Positions 52,668-62,098 of a DNA stretch of 64,000 nucleotides are shown piece by piece; position 1 is the stretch's first letter, and every line of letters starts with the position of its first letter. The notes beneath the pieces are model-generated. The model made no database searches and had not been told where the DNA came from. It was given only the letters and a program-made list of their open reading frames with translations. Made by a program: the position numbers and the translations under genes. This DNA comes from Candidatus Hydrogenedens sp. (GTDB lineage: Bacteria; Hydrogenedentota; Hydrogenedentia; Hydrogenedentales; Hydrogenedentaceae), in contig JBMFRC010000001.1 of the NCBI GenBank assembly GCA_049968235.1, forward strand, positions 192,001 to 256,000, written 5' to 3'.

Positions 52668-54575
52668 ATGCGTAAGGTAGAAAAAAACTGGAAAAGTATC
52701 AAAATACCTGAACAAATAAAGAACATTTTATTGAAATCTAAAAAAGTCTCCATTGCAACAACTATCAATGAATTAATTGAAATAGCCTGTGGCTCCTCAG
52801 AACCTGACGCCCAATTTAAGGTTGAATATGATGTGCCGGGAATGGGTAAATATCATGAAGTTACAGTAAATCGGGTTCGGAATGGTGTCTGTGTCAATTA
52901 CACGGAACCGTATATGAGAAGAAGGGACCCCGATTGCACATTTATAGGAGATAAATATCCAACAGATAAACCTTACTTTGAAGATGTATTTGGCTATCCT
53001 TTTGAAAAACTTGCTAAAGAGACTTTCGTCTGGCTACAAAATCAGGAATTAATAATGTTTGGTTTTATGGCAGGTGGAGATGCATTAGGGAAACATGCTC
53101 TTGCAATTGCCCCTGCTAATGCTGGTTTCTTTGCTTTAGGTCTGGCACTACTGCAAGGAATTGTATCGTGGGATGTGTTAACTACTAAATTTGACCCGAA
53201 ATTAATTATGTATGTCGCACCTGTGTTCCGTCATACTCATTTTAATAAAAAACAGGTTGTCGTGCATCGCCGGGGGAAAGAATATTACGAAATTTTTTCC
53301 TATAACCTGTATCCGGGTCCCAGTGCAAAGAAAGGAGTTTATGGGTATCTACTTCATTTAGGAGAACAGGAAGGCTGGTTGACAACACATAGTTCCACGG
53401 TTCAGGTAATTACCCCCTATGATAATGTGGTAACAATTTTGCATGAAGGTGCCAGTGGCGGTGGAAAAAGTGAAATGCTTGAATCAATTCATCGTGAAGA
53501 AGATGGACGTATTTTAATAGGCACAAATATCCAAACAGAAGAGCAGATTTTATTAGAATTGCCTCGTGCCTGTGCTTTGAGACCCGTTAGCGATGATATG
53601 GCACTTTGCCACCCCTCTCTCCAGCGAGGAGATGGCAAAATTACGGTAACTGATGCAGAAAAGGGTTGGTTTATTCGTGTAAACCATATAGGTAGATATG
53701 GAATGGACCTCACCTTTGAAGCACTTACCGCGCAACCCCCAGAACCTTTGTTATTCCTGAATATTAATGCGGTCCCGAATTCTCGTGCTATGATATGGGA
53801 ACATACAGAAGATGAACCCGGCATACCCTGTCCCAACCCCCGAGTAATCGTCCCTCGTCGTATTATGCCAAATGTGGTTAATAAACCTGTTCCTGTTGAT
53901 ATTCGTAGTTTTGGTGTACGAACACCTCCATGCACAAAAGAAAAACCTACTTATGGCATTATTGGAATGTTTCACCTTTTGCCATCTGCATTAGGCTGGT
54001 TATGGCGTTTAGTAGCACCACGTGGACACGATAATCCATCCATTATCAAGACAGAAGGAATGACTTCCGAAGGTGTTGGCTCCTACTGGCCCTTTGCTAC
54101 AGGAAAGTATGTAAACCATGCCAATCTACTCCTTGAACAGATATTAGCCAGTCCTCGTGTTTATCATATCCTTTGCCCTAACCAACATATAGGAGCATGG
54201 AAAGTGGGATTTGCACCCCAATGGTTAGCACGCGAATATCTCGCACGAAGAGGTATTGCCCGTTTAAAACCCAGTCAATTGGTCACTTCTCGCTGTCCCT
54301 TATTAGGACATACATTAAAAATGGTAAGAATTGAAGGAGAAGTTTTACCAAACTTTTTGTTTGAAACTTACCTCCAGCCGGAAGTAGGTGAAGAGGCTTA
54401 TGACGAAGGTGCCGAAATTCTTTACAACTTTTTTCATAAGGAATTAAAGAAATATCTTATTCCAGATTTACACCCATTAGGGAAGACAATTATCGAATGC
54501 TTTTTGGATCGCGGTTTCCTTAACGATTATATGACACTTTTGCCGACACCCTATATTGATACATCCCAGGATTAA
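52668..54575 (+). CDS. large uncharacterised protein with HprK-like P-loop (GASGGGKSEMLE)
   Basis: 635 aa; Walker A closely resembling HPr kinase/PEPCK-type P-loop (G-x-SG-x-GKSE-x-LE) at aa ~255-268; rest unassignable. Confidence 0.55.
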   Translation: MRKVEKNWKSIKIPEQIKNILLKSKKVSIATTINELIEIACGSSEPDAQFKVEYDVPGMGKYHEVTVNRVRNGVCVNYTEPYMRRRDPDCTFIGDKYPTDKPYFEDVFGYPFEKLAKETFVWLQNQELIMFGFMAGGDALGKHALAIAPANAGFFALGLALLQGIVSWDVLTTKFDPKLIMYVAPVFRHTHFNKKQVVVHRRGKEYYEIFSYNLYPGPSAKKGVYGYLLHLGEQEGWLTTHSSTVQVITPYDNVVTILHEGASGGGKSEMLESIHREEDGRILIGTNIQTEEQILLELPRACALRPVSDDMALCHPSLQRGDGKITVTDAEKGWFIRVNHIGRYGMDLTFEALTAQPPEPLLFLNINAVPNSRAMIWEHTEDEPGIPCPNPRVIVPRRIMPNVVNKPVPVDIRSFGVRTPPCTKEKPTYGIIGMFHLLPSALGWLWRLVAPRGHDNPSIIKTEGMTSEGVGSYWPFATGKYVNHANLLLEQILASPRVYHILCPNQHIGAWKVGFAPQWLAREYLARRGIARLKPSQLVTSRCPLLGHTLKMVRIEGEVLPNFLFETYLQPEVGEEAYDEGAEILYNFFHKELKKYLIPDLHPLGKTIIECFLDRGFLNDYMTLLPTPYIDTSQD

Positions 54576-54828
54576 AATCTTTCAAACATAAATAACACTT
54601 CTAAAAAGCAATACTATCTGTAATTTGTAGCAGAAGTTAGATCTGAATGTACGAAAAGAAGGATAGTATAAACAAAGCAAATACATTCATCTATTTATAT
54701 ATGTGTTGGAATTCATATAATTTGTGAGTAAAAAATCTTGCATGCAAAAAAACATCAATAGTGAAAAAATATAATTTATTCACAAGACACGAAGTTCGTA
54801 TAATACTCACAAAGATTATTTATAACAA

Positions 54829-55035
54829 GTGAAAAAATTTTATATTTTTATATACTACACATTTCTAATTGCTCTATGGGTTATTTTAATTTGTCTCTCC
54901 CTGGAAGTTGGGACACATATATGCCTAAAATTAGCAAATTATGTATATAAACCTTATTTCGATATGCAAAATCGAAAAGTCTATCGAATGATAGACCCTC
55001 GAAGAGCAAAAGAAACAATTTTCCTCAAAAGTTAA
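54829..55035 (+). CDS. possible small hydrophobic peptide (68 aa)
   Basis: ORF in AT-rich island; one strong TM segment; coding status uncertain. Confidence 0.2.
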   Translation: MKKFYIFIYYTFLIALWVILICLSLEVGTHICLKLANYVYKPYFDMQNRKVYRMIDPRRAKETIFLKS

Positions 55036-55150
55036 TATATCACCAAAAAATGAACTTATAATCCCTGAAATAATAAATAATGCATACACACAAACGGGCA
55101 ATTTTTCTTATTCATGTAAAAAAGAATATGAGTTAGCTTTAGATGGAATA

Positions 55151-55336
55151 ATGGAAGCCCAATTTGATAAAAATGGGAATCTAATTGAATCCTGTGGTGA
55201 ACCTCTGATTGAAAGGGCTGTTATTGACCTGCTTCAAGGCACTCCCTTCGGTTATTATGACCCTGATTGGGGTGTATTAAAAGAAAAATTAAAACATCCA
55301 CCCGAAGAACCTTTTTCCATGCGATTAAATATATGA
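55151..55336 (+). CDS. small acidic protein (61 aa), gene 1 of an ATGA-coupled pair
   Basis: stop TGA overlaps ATG of next ORF (aatatATGAtg). Confidence 0.3.
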   Translation: MEAQFDKNGNLIESCGEPLIERAVIDLLQGTPFGYYDPDWGVLKEKLKHPPEEPFSMRLNI

Positions 55337-55680
55337 TGATTTACAATCTGCAATATAATATAGACATTAGACCTAACAATGATGGTTTTACTCTTCTTGC
55401 AAGATTAATAAAAGACGATTTCCCATACTCATTAAATCATCCTTCAACTCCCATAACGGACGAAACACAATGGCTTGTTCATTGGTATGCATACAAACCT
55501 AACTTCAAAGCACACCCGACAGCACCTTCCACAAACAATTTCGGTTTAAACCATTTCTGCGATGTATGTCATACCACTCGTCTGGGGATTGAAGAAAAAT
55601 CCAATATAATTGCCCAATATATCGCTCAATGGCTCGAAAGGAAAAACATTTTCCCCAAAAAATACATGGGAAATAATTAA
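55334..55680 (+). CDS. small protein (115 aa from MMIYNL), gene 2 of coupled pair
   Basis: ATG at 55334 overlapping upstream stop; contains CDVCH motif; no family recognised. Confidence 0.3.
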
Positions 55681-55710
55681 CATTCAATACCTTGCCTCTT
55701 ACAACCCTTA

Positions 55711-57533
55711 TCAAGGTTTTATCATCGCAATACCTACCAGCGGTAATTCTGCAATATGGAATGTAAGGTATGTATTAGTATCGCTTAATTTTGTTATTTC
55801 ATAATTCACAATGTCCTGTTCCTTCTCAGGTGTGGATAGTAATACCTTACCGATAGAAGGATTAGAAACTTGAACAGAAATAGAAATATCTTGTGCAGGT
55901 ATTACCTTATCTTCATAGGAGGAAATGCGTTCAATATTTAAATTATAAAGTAGAACGAAAATAGCATCTGGTGATTCGCGTACTACACCCCGTACCACTC
56001 CATTCCCCGTTATTTTTAAAAATGGGAGAGGAAGATGTAAATATAATTCCTTTAGAAAGGAAGATTGACCTGCATCTATAAATACCTTATTACTGCTCTT
56101 ACACAGTTCAGATATTGATATGGAACACGAGGGTGGAATATATCCCGGTTCAGAGGCAAGTATGATATTTGCTTCCGAAAAATATTTTTCAAAATTACTT
56201 TCCGAGGCAACTATATAAAGAACATTCAATTGAGTTAGTCGTTTTGCTATATTTAATTCCTTGCAATCTTCATGTTTAATCCATTCTTCAAAGGGAAAAT
56301 ACAACAACACATCATATCTCTGTTTTGAAGTAATTATTGGGGGAGCATTCTTTTTAAGCCACTGCACAAAGGGGCGAATTACCTGAATCATTTTTCCGCG
56401 TTGAGATTCTTCCCTTGTAGGCCAGAGCATATAATTTGTATTTCGAGTAAAGCATTCGAATATCGCCAGATTTGTAAGATGGGGTGGAGTATGATAATCC
56501 CCATTCGCTATAGTTACAGATACTAACGGTTTCGGTCCGAAAATAGAATGTACCAAATCGTATACAAAACTACACTCTATCGTTTTTCCCCGTGAAGTGC
56601 AACGCGGAGTTGACCCCATATCCTCAATAACAACAAAATCCTGAGATTTGCTCATTTTTTATATATTATATGCATATCTATGACATTGAGAAAATATCAC
56701 TTCGGGAGTATTAAGACTATTATTTGCAGTAATCAGGGCTTTGGGATTTATCTCCCGTGCATAATTCTTTATCTCTAAGAGAAAATCACGAGCAATGGTG
56801 CAACGAAACTTTTTGAATTCAATAGGTTTCTTTTGTGCTAATTCTCTCAAGGCATGTAACGAGGTGTCTTCAACCTTTTCCCCTTCGGATTCAAGAAACT
56901 GTAAAAACTTCTGCATGCAATAAGGGCAATAACATCCTTGTTGATGAACCGTCGGATTATCAAAAAAATACCATCTAATCCAATTTCTAATGAGGTCTTT
57001 ACGAGATATTTTTCATATTTTCGCCAATCCGGATGGTTCATACACGCGGGGTGATACTCTCCTCCATACCAGGAACGAAGGGGTGCACCTTTCACATCTT
57101 GTTGAAGCCATTTTTCCGGTGGGCTCGAGAATTGTTGTTTAAATTCAGGTTGTCAATACCGGTCAAAGGTCTCTAAACCGACAATAGAAGTAGAACATAA
57201 ATAACCCAGGAGTATAGGAATGCCTAAAGATTTTGTATGCTGAACATATTCATGGACATCCCGTTTAGTGTTCTCCCATTGTTCAGCGGGAGGAATACCC
57301 ATATATCCACAGACTCCTAAACCTGTAGCATAGATAACCGATACCCCGCATTGATATGCAGGTTCCGCTTGCTTATCAAACTTATCCAGATGGTCAAACG
57401 CATGCAAAGCGAAAAAATCGCATGCTTCATCGGAGAAACAAGAACCATATGCTCCAAATATAAACAATATTATCAATAATCTAAGAGAATGAATATGGTC
57501 CATTTTATAAATCTTTTTAGTAAAAACCATCAT
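55711..57533 (-). pseudogene. decayed gene for a ~600-aa secreted protein, split into four ORFs by in-frame TGA (57153), a frameshift (~56847..56916) and in-frame TAA (56659)
   Basis: ORFs 57153..57533 and 56847..57095 share a frame, separated only by TGA; 56659..56916 and 55711..56655 share a frame, separated by TAA plus one codon; N-terminal fragment has a signal peptide. Confidence 0.55.
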
Positions 57534-57647
57534 TTTTATTTTATAAAGATACTAACCTGTTTGATAATATCACATAACATTATAATAATGGTTTCCCCTC
57601 CTTTACATCATTTGAAAACGCATAAATCATAATAAATGAAGAACCAT

Positions 57648-58583
57648 TTATAAACCGGCTCTTTTCTTAAAATCGAATAGTTGAGGAGCATGAAATTCTG
57701 AAGAAAATTCTTGAATCCTTTTATTTGCTAAATTTACATAACTTTCGTTTATGTCATATCCGACATAATGTCGGGCAGTTCTTATTGCTGCAATTGCTGT
57801 CTGTCCACTTCCAATAAACGGGTCTAAAATAACTTCCCCTTCAAAGGTATAAAGTTGAATTAATCTGTAAGGTAGTTCTATAGGGAAAGGAGCGGGATGC
57901 CCCACCTTCGTTGCTTGTTCAGCAGAGAAAGACCAAACACTTTTTGTAAACTCGAGGAATTCTTCTTTTGAAATAGTATCTTTCCTATTTAGATTTCCTC
58001 TGCTGAATGTACCTTTGGAAAAAACCAGGATATACTCATGAATATCTCTAAGTGTCGGATTTTTTGCTGAAAGCCAACTTCCCCATGCAGTTGAAGGGCT
58101 ACCACTGGAATTTTTATTCCAAATAATTTCACCCCGCATTAAAAATCCCAAATCAAGCATATCTTCAATGATAAAAGTGTGTAATGGGATATATGGCTTT
58201 CTCCCAAGATTGGCAATATTAATACATACTCTACCTCCAGGAACCAATACCCTTTTAACTTCTTGCCATACCCTTTTTAAGAATTGTCTATATTCCCTTA
58301 AGGTAAGATTTTTGTCATATTCTTTACCAACATTATAGGGAGGAGAAGTAACCATCAAATGGATACTATTTTCTGGTAACTCCTCCATGTTTTCACTTGA
58401 TTTACAAAATATTTTATCTATAACTTCAATGGGAACGGAATTCTCAATATATTCAGATTTTTTTTCTTTAGGCAGTCCTTCATACAATTTACTTGCATAA
58501 AACGAAGTAGCATCATGATTTATTCTTCCGGGCGAACCGAAAGCACTTGTTTTTGTGCCATTTTTCCTTCGGTTAATTTCCAT
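57648..58583 (-). CDS. DNA methyltransferase, N4-cytosine/N6-adenine beta-class (DNA methylase N-4/N-6 domain)
   Basis: 311 aa; SPPY catalytic motif (LMVTSPPYNVGKEYD), C-terminal FxGSG SAM motif (DPFIGSGQT). Confidence 0.85.
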   Translation of the reverse strand: MEINRRKNGTKTSAFGSPGRINHDATSFYASKLYEGLPKEKKSEYIENSVPIEVIDKIFCKSSENMEELPENSIHLMVTSPPYNVGKEYDKNLTLREYRQFLKRVWQEVKRVLVPGGRVCINIANLGRKPYIPLHTFIIEDMLDLGFLMRGEIIWNKNSSGSPSTAWGSWLSAKNPTLRDIHEYILVFSKGTFSRGNLNRKDTISKEEFLEFTKSVWSFSAEQATKVGHPAPFPIELPYRLIQLYTFEGEVILDPFIGSGQTAIAAIRTARHYVGYDINESYVNLANKRIQEFSSEFHAPQLFDFKKRAGL

Positions 58584-58787
58584 CTATTCCTCCTTCCACA
58601 TGTCAATCCACCTTTTATATGAATTATACTTTATCGCTATCTTTTGCCAATGTATTTCAATCTTTTTGGTTTGTTTATGGTAAAGTAATTTTGACAGTGC
58701 CTCTTTAGAAAGTTCAACCCCTCTTGGATTAGTTCCAGGTTTCGGAAGTTTAATATAATTTTTTCTCCCCATTTCATCAAAAATCAT
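58584..58787 (-). CDS. small ORF (67 aa) between putative REase and MTase; possible C-terminal piece of a frameshifted REase or a small regulatory protein
   Basis: stop abuts the MTase ATG; begins 11 nt after the 138-aa ORF stop in a different frame. Confidence 0.3.
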   Translation of the reverse strand: MIFDEMGRKNYIKLPKPGTNPRGVELSKEALSKLLYHKQTKKIEIHWQKIAIKYNSYKRWIDMWKEE

Positions 58788-58798
58788 TCTTTGAACAC

Positions 58799-59215
58799 TT
58801 AATGGAATATAGTAAAACCACCTTCAGCATTCCAATTAATTTGAACAAGTAGCATATCGCAGTAAGGATAATATTTGTTAAGGAATTCTTTTGCTTTCTC
58901 AGAATCAACTGTCCATACAAGTTTAACTCCTCCTAAATTCTTTCCTGTAATCGTTTTCATAGATATCGGCTCACCAAACAATTTGACATCTACTTCTGGC
59001 TCAGTAACAGGAATTTCAGTCTCTACATTATTCTCCCCAAATTTATAAATAAGTAAAGCCACTATTATTTTTTCTCTAACCGAGCCAACCTCCATCCCAA
59101 TTTTACCCGCTCTTGAACTTTCCATATCTGCAATTTGAAATAAGTGAGGTAATCTTTTCTTTATCTTTTCTACAAGTATTTTATCTTCAAAAAGTTTTAA
59201 TAATTGTTCTGACAT
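58799..59215 (-). CDS. putative type II restriction endonuclease (or N-terminal part of one)
   Basis: 138-aa ORF directly upstream of and co-oriented with the MTase in an AT-rich island; EPEVDVK resembles a (D/E)xK nuclease core; no homology confirmed. Confidence 0.35.
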   Translation of the reverse strand: MSEQLLKLFEDKILVEKIKKRLPHLFQIADMESSRAGKIGMEVGSVREKIIVALLIYKFGENNVETEIPVTEPEVDVKLFGEPISMKTITGKNLGGVKLVWTVDSEKAKEFLNKYYPYCDMLLVQINWNAEGGFTIFH

Positions 59216-59584
59216 ATCATGCCTTTGAATATTTAATATAAATAAAAAGATTTATCAAATCCGCCTTAATAAAATCATAATTGAATATTAGTTAAAATTT
59301 AATTCTTTCAACTATAACTATAATACGACTTTATTTTATCTTTATTATATTATAAATATAAGATTTTTTTGTCTAATTTTACATATCTATATCTTTACTG
59401 TATTTGTATAATTCCATTTTCCTATCTATCCCTTAATTTACTTTGAAATACAAAAATGACGATGTTTATTAATTCGTTTTTATTTTTCTGTCCGTTTGGG
59501 AATTAATTATTTATATCTTTTCTTTGACTGGTTGCAATCTATGACCCGGCGGATTGGGTATAATTTTGAAGGTATTGTGCCTTT

Positions 59585-61042
59585 TTAGCCTTTTTCTATA
59601 CGATGGATTTCTTCTAACTGTTTTTGTATCTTCATCTCCGCTTTTTGTGTTTCTATAATAGGGTCGCAGATAGAATGCAGGTAATCATTAAGTTCGTGGA
59701 CAACAGATGGGGCATTAACCTTACTGTCTTTTATCAAATTGTTAAGTTCTTCCGTGTCCTCATCTAAATTGAACAATTGATGAGGTGCATCCGAGTTCCA
59801 GATAAATTTCCATCCACCTTTACGAACCATAAAACTACTACCGCGTGTCCCATGCCCATGATATTCTGCAAATACGAAACGGTCTGGATTCTCTTCCTGT
59901 AATTTTTGTAAAGCGGTTCCTTTCCAATTTTTTGGTCGTTGCCGTTTCGTAGCATGGAAGAACTCCGCCTGTGCATCCAAAGTGGTTATTGGTGTTCGGA
60001 TGCGTCGTCCCTTTTCAAATCCGGGTCCACAGGCAAGCAATGGTACGCGGGCAGAGTCTTCAAACATGGAGCATTTCCACCACATACCAAATTTGCCTAA
60101 CATCTCTCCATGGTCAGATGTGTATATAAATATCGTATTCTTATTTAGTCCTGTTTGTTCCAGTGTGTCTAAAATCTTTCCTATCATCGTATCTACAAAA
60201 CTGACACAGCCATAATATCCCTGTCTCAATCTTTTTACATCTTCTCCCTGAATTTGGTCTGTTTCGAAATGATTTCGCAAATCAACCGCATAGGGATGTT
60301 GTGCGGAAGGCTGGTCTGGTCCATACTGTGGAATATCGCCCTTCCCCTCATACATTCCCCAGAAGTTCGGCTCCGTAAAATGAGGGAAATGTGGTGCAAC
60401 AACATTGACCCATAGAACAAATGGTTTATCTAATTGTGTTCCTTTCGTTTTAAGCCAATCTACCGCAGTATCGACCATTAACTGGTCATGACGATGTGCT
60501 TTCTCTCGTGGTCCCCAACCTTTGGCTCGTTCCTGCCCAGTCCCTTTGCGGATACATAACGGTTTTCGCTGAATAAAAGTATCCCCGGGGGTTCCACGAT
60601 TCCAACCATAATAAACCTCATTAAATCCCATTTCTTCTATCTTTCGATACACATCTGCCTTGCCAATATATACCGTATGCACTCCTTGTTCCGCCAGAAT
60701 AGAACCATAATTAGGGAAATTATCCAGAAATAATGTGCAATTGCTATAACACTGCGTTTCATGATTGTATAATCCACTTATCACTGAACTTCGACTTGGG
60801 AGACATAATGGCGATGGGCAATATACATTCTCAAAAACAACACCATTTTTTGCTATTCGTTCCATATTCGGAGTTTGCACAAAAGGATGTCCATATACCG
60901 ATGTATATCGTGGATTATGTTCATCTGACATCAGCATAACCACATTATATTCCTTATGCTCCGTCTCGCAGAACGGAACTTTTGACAATAACAAACTTGT
61001 CGCAATTGTTCCCTGTAAAAATTCCCTTCGATTCATTGACAT
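59585..61042 (-). CDS. Tat-secreted sulfatase (arylsulfatase family)
   Basis: 485 aa; twin-arginine signal (RREFLQG), sulfatase CxPxR signature (CLPSR) with downstream metal-binding motifs. Confidence 0.88.
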   Translation of the reverse strand: MSMNRREFLQGTIATSLLLSKVPFCETEHKEYNVVMLMSDEHNPRYTSVYGHPFVQTPNMERIAKNGVVFENVYCPSPLCLPSRSSVISGLYNHETQCYSNCTLFLDNFPNYGSILAEQGVHTVYIGKADVYRKIEEMGFNEVYYGWNRGTPGDTFIQRKPLCIRKGTGQERAKGWGPREKAHRHDQLMVDTAVDWLKTKGTQLDKPFVLWVNVVAPHFPHFTEPNFWGMYEGKGDIPQYGPDQPSAQHPYAVDLRNHFETDQIQGEDVKRLRQGYYGCVSFVDTMIGKILDTLEQTGLNKNTIFIYTSDHGEMLGKFGMWWKCSMFEDSARVPLLACGPGFEKGRRIRTPITTLDAQAEFFHATKRQRPKNWKGTALQKLQEENPDRFVFAEYHGHGTRGSSFMVRKGGWKFIWNSDAPHQLFNLDEDTEELNNLIKDSKVNAPSVVHELNDYLHSICDPIIETQKAEMKIQKQLEEIHRIEKG

Positions 61043-61139
61043 AACGGATTCCTTTCAATAGGACAACTCACAATTACTATTTTTGCAACCATTTTGCTAT
61101 TATAATAAAAGCATCTAAAAAAGAAAAGCGAGTACTCCC

Positions 61140-61532
61140 ATGCTTTGCCCAAATTGTAAAAAACAAATACTTCTTATCATGGAATACAATCAGATTGAAC
61201 TGGATTTTTGTCCGGAATGTTTAGGTGTCTGGCTCGATGCAGAAGAATTGCAATGGATATTAGGTGCCAATTTTGACGAACAAAGTTTATTCACAACATC
61301 TACAATTAACGAAGTAAAGAAAAAATGTCCCCGTTGCAGAAGCAATATGCATAAAGTTTTCCTTCCCGAAAATAATCAGGTCATTTACGATACCTGCCCC
61401 AATCAACATGGTTTCTGGTTTGACCGTGGCGAATTAGAAATACTCATTCATAGCCTTTCCGAATTTCCCGGTACACATTCCTTTCTTCAATGGCTCACTG
61501 AAGTTTTTGCCTACTCCAAAAAGGAAAAATAA
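61140..61532 (+). CDS. duplicated zinc-ribbon protein (zf-TFIIB-like, CPxC...CPxC x2)
   Basis: 130 aa; two CxxC...CxxC units each followed by WLD/WFD-EL motif. Confidence 0.65.
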   Translation: MLCPNCKKQILLIMEYNQIELDFCPECLGVWLDAEELQWILGANFDEQSLFTTSTINEVKKKCPRCRSNMHKVFLPENNQVIYDTCPNQHGFWFDRGELEILIHSLSEFPGTHSFLQWLTEVFAYSKKEK

Positions 61533-61663
61533 TCTGATTCCTTTGAGTAAAACAACAAAAGAAATCTTCTTGTAAAATTAAAATAACTGCCTCTTCCCTA
61601 TCTCCATCATTTTAATTCTAATCCTATTCATCCTGTTACTTATTTTTATCCATCTTAACGAAG

Positions 61664-61866
61664 TTTTGCACACTGAATATCAAGATAAAATTTGTGTATA
61701 AAGAAAACCCGTTTTACACATTGTTTTTTAATAAAAATAAGAAACGATTTGCATGGAAAACTATAGATTTTTTGTAACTTTTCCCCTATTTATCCACAGA
61801 TTATCCACAGGTTTTCAAAAGCATTATCCACGATATTCTGAACAATTTTTCCACATTTTATTCACC
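61664..61866 (+). promoter_or_regulatory. cluster of >=8 DnaA boxes (TTWTNCACA) with helical phasing, followed by AT-rich tract
   Basis: TTTTGCACA 61664; TTATACACA (minus) 61693; TTTTACACA 61712; TTATCCACA 61790 and 61801; TTATCCACg 61824; TTTTCCACA 61847; TTATTCACc 61858. Confidence 0.55.
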
Positions 61867-61871
61867 TAATA

Positions 61872-61887
61872 TTACTATATATTGTAT
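61872..61887 (+). promoter_or_regulatory. candidate NrdR box (TTACTATATATTGTAT vs consensus acaCwAtATaTwGtgt)
   Basis: 13/16 match including entire CwAtATaTwG core, ~210 nt upstream of nrdD. Confidence 0.3.
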
Positions 61888-62098
61888 ATTGGGAATAAAA
61901 TTCTACTTGACATTGTGTCCTGTTTGTTATAAAATAGTTTTATCTTTTTTGTTTTCTATGAAAATTTAATCAAACAGTAGTTAGCCCTCCTAAATCTTAC
62001 CCGAAGGCAAAAAATAACCTTATTTTTTGGGGATATTAGATTTGGGTGATAAAATTAAAGTTTAAATGAATAAAAGTTTAATTTAGGGAGCGTAGGCT

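Noticed and set aside
57153-57155. In-frame TGA between two same-frame ORFs as selenocysteine or alternative genetic code
   Set aside because: The same gene also carries a frameshift and an in-frame TAA. All other genes in the window end with ordinary stops and no SECIS-like hairpin is evident.
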